A stretch of DNA of 64,000 nt from Candidatus Latescibacterota bacterium (GTDB lineage Bacteria; Latescibacterota; UBA2968; UBA8231), in contig CBDFJF010000001.1 in the NCBI GenBank assembly GCA_965248265.1, positions 256,001 to 320,000 on the forward strand. The letters run 5' to 3'. Under the pieces are notes generated by a model. It searched no databases, was not told the origin of the DNA, and worked only from the letters and a program-made list of their open reading frames with translations. Positions 56,325 through 64,000 of this stretch are shown piece by piece (position 1 is the stretch's first letter; each line of letters starts with the position of its first letter). The position numbers were made by a program, and so were the translations under genes.

Positions 56325-59300
56325 GTGAAACACCAGAGCCAACACAGCGTCCTGTCCCCAGGGCGTAGCAGCAGTTCCGGCCGGCCGACTCGTGGGTGGA
56401 GTCCGTATTCATCCCGCTGCGATACGCAACGGCGTCCTCTATTGACTGCCATTGCCCGGTCGATAGGCGTTCTTATCGTGGCCTGTGTTGCCACCGTGAA
56501 CGCGGCTGTTCCCACCTTCGAAAACCAGACTCCGACCGGATTTTCGGCTCAAGACAGTACCGACAAGCAAGACTTCGTCGAAGGGCAGGACATAACAGTC
56601 CGCGTCGATCTGAACCAGGCAGCGACACCGACCTACCCGGTCATCGGCAATTTTCACAATCTGGAAACCGCAGAAATACTAGAGTCCCGCGACGTTGATG
56701 GTTTACGGGCGGACGTTGTTGTATCGGACGGTGGAATAGTTCACACGGCCTGGATCACTCAGGAAGTGGTGTCGCCGGTGACAACTCCTGTCTACAACGT
56801 CCGTTACGCCCGCAGCAACGACGGTGGCGACAGCTTTTCGACTCCCGTCAGCGTGTCTGGTAGCTTGCGTTTTGACCTATTGACGATCGACGGCGCCGGA
56901 CCCTCGTTTTCGACTGTTGACATCGAAGTGGACAGTCGCGGCAATCCGCGCGTCGTCTACGCCTTCAATCACTCGCCCGACGGTCACACGGTTGGCTTCG
57001 CGAGCAATCCGGACAATGTCTACTTCAATCACTCCGAGAACGGTGGAGCCACGTGGCTGCCGAACAACTCGGCCGTTCGTGTCAACGACATTGACGTAGT
57101 GGGCGAAGGCGTGTTGTCGGCCTTTCCGCGCATGGCGATCGATCAGCGCGACAACATCTATATCACCTACGTCCGCGGAACGACGATAACCGCTGCAGGA
57201 GGCGACGACGTCATGCTGACGAAGGTGGACCGGTCGACGAGTCCGTTCACGATGGAGCAGATCGGCTCCACTGGAACTGTTGGCAGCAGCGGCGGTGTGC
57301 GCATCACCGGTGACGCAGAACGGCACACGGGACCTGACATCGACGTCGGCACCGGCGATGTACTGCACGTCATCTTCTTTCGAGAGGATGCCGTCAGCGC
57401 CAACTCCACTATTGAGCACAAGACTCTGCTCGGTGATTTCTGGAATGTCGTCGATGCCAGCGGCTGGAATCAGGGTGTGGACGGAGCCCAGCTGGATGTA
57501 TTCGATCCGGAGCCGGCGACAAACGCTTCGCTGGAACAAAGGGCCACGTTCTACTTCCCGAGCATAGCCGTCGACCAGGTGAGTACGCCTGATCGGATCT
57601 ACGCGTTCTACAAGTCAGGCACTGCGGGACTGGAGACGGTCGTTTTCAACAACTACGTCTACGACAATGCTATTGGCGGCAGTGCCGGATGGCTGCAGGC
57701 GCAAGCATCGACCGTATGGAGCACGGCCAGTTCGGTCGTTTTCGCGGATGGTGATCTGGCCTACAACATCGAGCTGGATTGGACCGTGACCGAGCGGGTT
57801 GAGGCGGTCATCGACGACCGCCGCCCGGACCGCGGCGACGTCCACATCGTCTTCACCGCCGGCTACAGCAATAACGCGGGTGGCGCCAGTGAGCACGACA
57901 TCTATTACGGCTTTTACAATGGTGTGACCTGGACCTTGCCGGAGAAAGTCGCCGACGACGACTCCGACAGCGCCACCGAAGATGGCATTCGAGCCACCGA
58001 CACCTACCTCGTCGCTCCGACCATCGCCAAGGATTCCGACAGTGAGAACATCTACATGGTGTTCGGAGGAGGGACCGCGGAGGGGCTGGGCGTCAGCGGT
58101 GTCACGGACGCCAATCACCATGCCTACTTCAAGGTGTTAGGCCGCGCGGTGACGTCCGAAGATGTGTCTGTACCCGTCGGTGGGTTTCAGTACGACCTGG
58201 ACTATACCCCTATCAACCCCCACGACGCCACCGCAGACATCGATAACCAGCCGGTGTGGGTCCATGTAGCCGACAACGTTGACGGAGACGGACTCGGAGC
58301 CACGGGCAAGCAGGGGGATGGCTTCCTCGCCGGTGACTGGGAAACTGTGGCCGCTTTCACATTGGCAGATGACGACAAATTCTTTGAAGGCAAGGTCAAC
58401 GAAGACGCGTCGAACACCCACGAGTGGGGGGACGACAATGACAAGATCGGCTTGCTGGTCAAGCTCAACGTGCTCGGGAAGGATTCGGCCACTAACCTGC
58501 AGGTAGTCACCAACAGCACAGCGAGTGACGCCGGCAGCGGCAAAGGGGCCCGGACAATCAGTGTCTCAAATGCGAATCCGACACTGAACGTGGACACCTT
58601 CATCTCACCCCTCGATTTCTTCCTCCTGGGAGCAGACATCGACATCGTCGATTCGAACACCTCTCCCACGGTGGCGGTTTTTCAACCAGACGGTGTAGGG
58701 GATATTGCCAACGACTCCTACTCAATCAAGTACACCCTGAAGGATCCCGACGACGACCTATCCACCGGTGGCTTGCTCGCCGCGCTCTATTTCTCGGAGC
58801 ACAGCGACCTGGCCTCGGTCCAGGACATCCGGATTTTCGGTACGCTGATCGTAGACGAGAACGACAACAGCACGGTTTTCGCCAGCGGCACCGACGATTT
58901 CAGCGAAGCAGCCAACGAGAGCTACCTGTGGGACGACCCCTCAGCCGCGCTCAAGGGCAAGCTGTTTGCCAGCATTCATCAGGTGCCCAGTGGCACCTAC
59001 TTCATTTACCTGGTCGCCGATGACCAGAAGAATTCCGCCGTTTTCGCGCGCAGTCCGGGCTCGGTTACCGTCCTGCACAAGCCCATCGTTCAGTATGTCG
59101 ATCCAGCCGGTATCGATACCGTGGACACGGGCGTGCGCAGCGGCCGTCTGGCCAATCCCTACGACTTCGATTTCTTCGTCCAGGATTTCGATCTCCAGGG
59201 CGCCGCCGAAGTGCAGTTGTTCTTTTCAGCCGTGAGCGGCTTGAGCTCGATATCGATCAGCGGGTTTTATCCGAACCAGAATTTCGTGTTGGGCAAGAGC

Positions 59301-62207
59301 CTGTCGGGAAAACGAGCGACGGCGATCGAAAACTCGGATTCGTTGACTACCTCGGATGTCGAATTTTCATGGGACCTCACCGATTCCGTGTGTGTGGCCT
59401 CGGTGTGCGCGCCCGGCGACTCGACGATCGTGCGGGAAGGCTCCTATTTCCTCTATGTCGTCTCCAACGATTCGGTCAACACCACGGTCGGACAGAGCAA
59501 GGGCTCTCTGATCGTCAAGCACTCGCCCCAATTTACGTTTTTCGAACCGCCACGCGACACGCATCGTCCGATCAACACGGGCTCGCAGCCGACCTACACG
59601 ATTCAATGGCAGAAGGGGTCGGGTGACGATGACTTCGATGACGATGCCACCATCGACCTCTACTTCACCACTGACAACCCGGCGACGACCAATTACGAGG
59701 ACTTTCCCGATTCGCTCCTCCGGGACCTCGACACCAAGGTCGTTGTGACTGGATTGAGTGAGGACGGCGAGGCAGCGAACGACATGTACATCTGGGATTT
59801 CCGCGATCCTCCTGCCGATGTGCCCGTAGACGGCCTGAAATCATACCTGTACGCCGTGATCACGGACGACACCGGGAACAAGGACGTGGAACTGGGTGGT
59901 GCGCTAACCTTCGACCATACGCCCACGATAATCATGACCAGCTCAGATCTCGCAGATCTGGCGAGCTTCGATCTGAATGATGTATTGCGCATAACCTGGG
60001 ACGACTACCTCGTCGACGACGCCGTAAGCACGGACGACGCCTACATCCGGCTGTACGCCGATGACTCCGGGGGTAACTTCACGACGATCGCGGCAGTGGA
60101 CGCAGCCGTGGATGGGGCTTCGACGTTTCTCCTCAATAGCTCCAATGGCGATATCACCGGCACGATCGACACGCTGCGCGAGAGCAGTGTCAACTACTTC
60201 GACTGGAATACCAAACTATTCGGGTCGGCGGCGACGAGCTACGACATCTACGCAGCGATCAGCACCGATCCGACGTTCAGCAACAACACGGCGGGCAATC
60301 CGCAGCTACAAGTGAGTTCCACGCAGCTGTCGATCGTCGGCGCGGCGGGTACTCCTCCCAAGGTCAGTATCAGTCCCACCGATCAGGCCGTTGCCATCGG
60401 CGACACCTTCACCTTCGACGTGATGGTGCAGCACAACAAACCGATCAATCTGGTGCAGATTGTGATGGAGGTTGGCAGCAACGACTTCCAAGTACTGGAC
60501 CAGGACGCCGACCAGGGCGGGACCCAACCCTTCGTCGACCTGGACAACGTCTTTACCGGAGCCACGCCGATCGAGAATGCACTCGATGGCGCCAATCTGC
60601 GCTTTGCCAAGTCCTCATTTGGAGGCGAGCTGGTGGGCACTCCGACCGAGCCGGTACGCTTCGCCAGCTTTCAGCTGGCGGCTTTGAACACAATGGACAG
60701 CGCACCCTCCCTGAACTTTACCGGAGGCACCAGTGGTACCGTGTTCGGGTTGGTAGGAGACAGCGATCCGCTGACCACCCCGGCCCTGACCGCACCGGAA
60801 GCCCAACTCACGCGGGTCAGGCGGGGCATCATAACGGCAACTGTTGAGCTGGAGGGCCGGACCATCCCGCCGGCCGCTGGTGACCATACGACGCTGCTCG
60901 ACGTGCACCTGCGCATACCCGGAAGCACCATTGATCTGACGGACGACAACTATGTCACCCGCAATGATACGGACTTGACGACGGCGGATACGCTGGAAGT
61001 CGAAACGGACGCCTCCGGGGCGCTGAGCCTGTTCAGCATTCCGGCCGGGCGTTACATACTCACCGTGAAGGACTCCAGTCATGTCAGCGGCCGCAGCGAC
61101 ACCATAACCGTGCGCAACGGGGAAACTGTCGATATCAACGCCAGCAATCTGGGTTTCTTCGGCTCAGATCTAAGAGGCGACCCCACGATCCAATTACCCA
61201 ATACCGGCGCGGAACTGATTGCCGGAGATGCCAGCGAAGACAACGAGATCAACGAAGACGACGTCAATATCGTCATAGCCGCGTGGGGTACCGACGACAC
61301 CAAGCCGTCGTTCGAACAGGCGGACATGAATAACGACGATGAGGTTGGGGCTGCCGATTTGACGGTGACGACCTCCAACTTTGGCAACGTGACCGGATTC
61401 GGGGCGCCGCCCGTGTACAAAGCACTCGCCAACGATGTCGTGGATGTGGAGTGGCCCGAGCGTCTCAACCCCCGGTCTGGGGTAGGAGACAACAGCGGCG
61501 TCGCACTGGAGCTTCGCCCTCTCTTCAACCCCAAGCAACGGCTGCTACCGGGGGACGAGATCGGATTCGAAATCGTGGCGCGGGATCTGGACGATCTGGC
61601 CGGCTTCGAGTTGCGGCTTCGCTTCGACGAACAGGCTCTGACCATTCTATCCGAAAAAACGACTCGGGGTGAAGTGTTCAGGCCCAACCGGCGCGGCTCA
61701 GTTTTTGAGACTCAGGAAGAGGGAGGCGAATTGCGGATCATCAGCTCGCGCGTGGGTAAGGAGTGGGCGGCAACAGGTGACGCCAGTCTGGTTGAACTGT
61801 GGTTCACAGTCGCCGATGGCAATATGGACGACGCCATCGAGATGGCCGAAGGGCTGCTGCTGAATCCAGCCTATATACCCGCGAACGTTAGTTGGACCGG
61901 CAGTCTGTCGGACTTGTTTTTGCCAGGTCAGATGGAATTGGATCAGAACTATCCGAATCCCTTCAACCCGTCGACGACTATACCATTCGCACTGCCCAGC
62001 GCGCGCGGCAACCTTCGGCTAGAAATTTACAACGTGATAGGCCAAAAGGTGAGGACCCTGATGACTGGTCCAATGGACGCCGGGTTTCACTCGATCGTCT
62101 GGAATGGCATGGATGATACCGGTCATTCAGTCGGCGCTGGCCTCTACTTCTCCCTCCTGGAAGTGGGTGAGTTCACCCAGACCAGGAAGATGCTCCTGCT
62201 GAAGTAA
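56325..62207 (+). CDS. Giant secreted protein: Asp-box propeller, Ig repeats, cohesin, dockerin-like EF-hand pair, cohesin, FlgD/T9SS-type C-terminal domain
   Basis: RSNDGGDSF and SENGGATW; GDASEDNEINEDD...ADMNNDDEVGAADL; PGDEIGFEI...GFELRLRFD; QNYPNPFNPST...IYNVIGQKVRTL...TRKMLLLK; start uncertain (56292 or 56325). Confidence 0.85.
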   Translation: MKHQSQHSVLSPGRSSSSGRPTRGWSPYSSRCDTQRRPLLTAIARSIGVLIVACVATVNAAVPTFENQTPTGFSAQDSTDKQDFVEGQDITVRVDLNQAATPTYPVIGNFHNLETAEILESRDVDGLRADVVVSDGGIVHTAWITQEVVSPVTTPVYNVRYARSNDGGDSFSTPVSVSGSLRFDLLTIDGAGPSFSTVDIEVDSRGNPRVVYAFNHSPDGHTVGFASNPDNVYFNHSENGGATWLPNNSAVRVNDIDVVGEGVLSAFPRMAIDQRDNIYITYVRGTTITAAGGDDVMLTKVDRSTSPFTMEQIGSTGTVGSSGGVRITGDAERHTGPDIDVGTGDVLHVIFFREDAVSANSTIEHKTLLGDFWNVVDASGWNQGVDGAQLDVFDPEPATNASLEQRATFYFPSIAVDQVSTPDRIYAFYKSGTAGLETVVFNNYVYDNAIGGSAGWLQAQASTVWSTASSVVFADGDLAYNIELDWTVTERVEAVIDDRRPDRGDVHIVFTAGYSNNAGGASEHDIYYGFYNGVTWTLPEKVADDDSDSATEDGIRATDTYLVAPTIAKDSDSENIYMVFGGGTAEGLGVSGVTDANHHAYFKVLGRAVTSEDVSVPVGGFQYDLDYTPINPHDATADIDNQPVWVHVADNVDGDGLGATGKQGDGFLAGDWETVAAFTLADDDKFFEGKVNEDASNTHEWGDDNDKIGLLVKLNVLGKDSATNLQVVTNSTASDAGSGKGARTISVSNANPTLNVDTFISPLDFFLLGADIDIVDSNTSPTVAVFQPDGVGDIANDSYSIKYTLKDPDDDLSTGGLLAALYFSEHSDLASVQDIRIFGTLIVDENDNSTVFASGTDDFSEAANESYLWDDPSAALKGKLFASIHQVPSGTYFIYLVADDQKNSAVFARSPGSVTVLHKPIVQYVDPAGIDTVDTGVRSGRLANPYDFDFFVQDFDLQGAAEVQLFFSAVSGLSSISISGFYPNQNFVLGKSLSGKRATAIENSDSLTTSDVEFSWDLTDSVCVASVCAPGDSTIVREGSYFLYVVSNDSVNTTVGQSKGSLIVKHSPQFTFFEPPRDTHRPINTGSQPTYTIQWQKGSGDDDFDDDATIDLYFTTDNPATTNYEDFPDSLLRDLDTKVVVTGLSEDGEAANDMYIWDFRDPPADVPVDGLKSYLYAVITDDTGNKDVELGGALTFDHTPTIIMTSSDLADLASFDLNDVLRITWDDYLVDDAVSTDDAYIRLYADDSGGNFTTIAAVDAAVDGASTFLLNSSNGDITGTIDTLRESSVNYFDWNTKLFGSAATSYDIYAAISTDPTFSNNTAGNPQLQVSSTQLSIVGAAGTPPKVSISPTDQAVAIGDTFTFDVMVQHNKPINLVQIVMEVGSNDFQVLDQDADQGGTQPFVDLDNVFTGATPIENALDGANLRFAKSSFGGELVGTPTEPVRFASFQLAALNTMDSAPSLNFTGGTSGTVFGLVGDSDPLTTPALTAPEAQLTRVRRGIITATVELEGRTIPPAAGDHTTLLDVHLRIPGSTIDLTDDNYVTRNDTDLTTADTLEVETDASGALSLFSIPAGRYILTVKDSSHVSGRSDTITVRNGETVDINASNLGFFGSDLRGDPTIQLPNTGAELIAGDASEDNEINEDDVNIVIAAWGTDDTKPSFEQADMNNDDEVGAADLTVTTSNFGNVTGFGAPPVYKALANDVVDVEWPERLNPRSGVGDNSGVALELRPLFNPKQRLLPGDEIGFEIVARDLDDLAGFELRLRFDEQALTILSEKTTRGEVFRPNRRGSVFETQEEGGELRIISSRVGKEWAATGDASLVELWFTVADGNMDDAIEMAEGLLLNPAYIPANVSWTGSLSDLFLPGQMELDQNYPNPFNPSTTIPFALPSARGNLRLEIYNVIGQKVRTLMTGPMDAGFHSIVWNGMDDTGHSVGAGLYFSLLEVGEFTQTRKMLLLK

Positions 62208-62219
62208 GGCGGGGTACTC

Positions 62220-64000
62220 ATGTTCAGATTCTCATCCTACATTGCGGCGATCCTGTTCGCCGGACTCGGTGCTGCAGAGGCGACACCACCGATCTTCGAG
62301 AACAGGACGCCGGTCGGGTTCTCGGTCGAGGACAGCACGACGACGGAGGATTTTATCGTCAGCAGCGAAGTCACCGTTCGTGTGGATTTGAACCAGGCTG
62401 CGAGTGAGGAGTATCCGGTAGTCGGCCACTTTCATCCACTCGAACAGAGTCTTCAGATCGGTACAACGGATACCGATGGTATGCAGGTTGACATCGCCAT
62501 GGTGAACGTGGCGCCCTTCGGAGTCAACGCCAATCAACCGGATGCCGGCGACACGACTCTGCAGATCACTCCAGTCATCCACACGGCCTGGATCGAGGAG
62601 TCCATCTACGACACCGGTCCCATCTACACGGTCGGAGCCACGCCCGCGTACGAAGTCATGTACGCGCGAAGTTACGATGGCGGCGACACCTTCACGACGC
62701 CGATAAGCGTGTCCAGCGGAGTCAGCTATTACCTGCTGACCGTGACCGGTACCTCGTTTTCGACGCTCGATCTCGAAGTGGAGAGCGGTGGCAATCCGCA
62801 CGTGACCTTCGCTTTTGTGTCGACGGCCGACCGCGTGCGCAAGAGGAATGTCTACTACACGCGCTCAGCCGACGGCGGGACGACATGGGATACACCGGTG
62901 ACCGTGAATGACCACAATACCGTCGGCAATCTCGAAGGACGCAGGGCGGCGTTTCCGCGGATGGCCATCGATGACCGCGACAACATCTTCATTAGCTACG
63001 TCCGCGGAGCCAGTCGGGGTACCGGCACGGGCGACGTCATGCTGGCGAAGGTCAACCGAGATAATTTCGGGATTGTCGGCATCGGCGAGGCCGGCGTTGC
63101 AGGCACCGGTGGTGTGCGCCTGACCGACGATGCCAAGAGGCACACGGGCCCGGACCTGGCGGTCGGTGACGGCGACGCGCTGCACGTGATCTATTTCAAC
63201 GATGATGATGATGTGGTCGAACACAAGCGTTCGAGTACGGACACGACCTGGATCGACCTGAGCTCCACGGGATGGGACCAGAATGTCGATGGGGCGGTCG
63301 TGGGGGCGTTCGTCGATGAACTCGTGAACACAGCGGTGGAACAGGAAGCGGATTTCTACTTTCCATCGGTCACCGTGGACAGGCTGATGTTGCCTGACCG
63401 GGTCTACGCGCTATACAAATTCGGCGATACCGGCGAGGAGACGATCAATTTCAACCAGTATGATGACGATGGTGGCACGGTTGCCTGGGGCACGGCCTCT
63501 GCCGTCTGGAGCACGGGCGGTACGCTGTTCCTTGATGGCGACACGGACTACAACATCGAACTCGACTGGACCATCACCGAACGGGTATCGGCCGTCGTCG
63601 ACGACAGGCTGGAGGACCGTGGGGACCTGCACATCGCTTTCACTGCCGGGTACAGCAATACCGCCGGAGGACCGAGCGAACACGATGTGTTTTACGCGCG
63701 GTACAATGGCGCCAGCTGGACGTTGCCAGAAAAAGTCGCCGACGACGACTCCGACGGCGTTGGCAACACCTCGGATGGCATCGCCGCGGCCGACGCCTTC
63801 CTCTTGAGTCCGGCCATCGCACAGCACCCGGATTTCGACAGCATATTCCTGGCCTTCGCCGGAGGTACGGACGAAGGGTTCGGAGTGAAAGGTGTCACGG
63901 ACGTCAACCAGCATCCGTATTTCAAGATCCTGGGACGGGTAATCTCCTCTGAGGATGACTCGGTTCCCATAGGGGGCTACGAGTACAATCTTTCCTACAC
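62220..64000 (+). CDS. Paralog of the preceding giant secreted protein (runs off window end)
   Basis: MFRFSSYIAAILFAGLGAAEA signal then PIFENRTPVGFS..VTVRVDLNQAA..YPVVG, matching PTFENQTPTGFS..ITVRVDLNQAA..YPVIG; shared YNIELDWT, AGYSN, WTLPEKVADDDSD; absent from the ORF track because it has no stop in the window. Confidence 0.85.
   Translation, partial: MFRFSSYIAAILFAGLGAAEATPPIFENRTPVGFSVEDSTTTEDFIVSSEVTVRVDLNQAASEEYPVVGHFHPLEQSLQIGTTDTDGMQVDIAMVNVAPFGVNANQPDAGDTTLQITPVIHTAWIEESIYDTGPIYTVGATPAYEVMYARSYDGGDTFTTPISVSSGVSYYLLTVTGTSFSTLDLEVESGGNPHVTFAFVSTADRVRKRNVYYTRSADGGTTWDTPVTVNDHNTVGNLEGRRAAFPRMAIDDRDNIFISYVRGASRGTGTGDVMLAKVNRDNFGIVGIGEAGVAGTGGVRLTDDAKRHTGPDLAVGDGDALHVIYFNDDDDVVEHKRSSTDTTWIDLSSTGWDQNVDGAVVGAFVDELVNTAVEQEADFYFPSVTVDRLMLPDRVYALYKFGDTGEETINFNQYDDDGGTVAWGTASAVWSTGGTLFLDGDTDYNIELDWTITERVSAVVDDRLEDRGDLHIAFTAGYSNTAGGPSEHDVFYARYNGASWTLPEKVADDDSDGVGNTSDGIAAADAFLLSPAIAQHPDFDSIFLAFAGGTDEGFGVKGVTDVNQHPYFKILGRVISSEDDSVPIGGYEYNLSY

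Noticed and set aside
56230-56325. c-di-GMP riboswitch in the giant-protein leader
   Set aside because: Only one hairpin is visible and the conserved GEMM motifs could not be matched; an Infernal search would be needed

Overview
GC-rich bacterial chromosome segment. The gene content (FlgD/T9SS-tailed cohesin/dockerin giants, DUF6785-type transporter, futalosine pathway, stand-alone FliG) resembles FCB-group Latescibacterota, which is an inference. Contents in order: (1) 3' end of a complex I operon (nuoJKLMN). (2) Small metabolic genes and an orphan fliG followed by a tandem hairpin array. (3) An accessory region at about 11-26.5 kb with an AAA+ ATPase, three PIN toxin-antitoxin pairs (two are copies of one ~715 bp repeat), IS3 and enolase remnants, and a satellite-like integrative element. 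The element is anchored on a tRNA-Val(UAC) 3'-half att site and carries an Xis-like gene, P4-type primase/helicase with iterons, XRE regulator, a tyrosine recombinase with a 13-8-13 site, and McrBC; it is cut off by an intact IS3 that lacks a target duplication. (4) A 925-aa unknown protein with a ~116-residue D/E tract. (5) Housekeeping genes (ppk1, HD-GYP, mqnB/mqnD, hisS, DGGGPS-like UbiA, HU/IHF, clpP, mutM, anSME) with two unusual proteins: a membrane CxxC/Zn-finger/rhodanese fusion and a triple-DUF5069 protein. (6) A divergent locus with back-to-back consensus sigma54 promoters facing a cohesin/cadherin-repeat protein and two paralogous giant secreted proteins. All family calls come from motif recognition by eye; no database searches were run.
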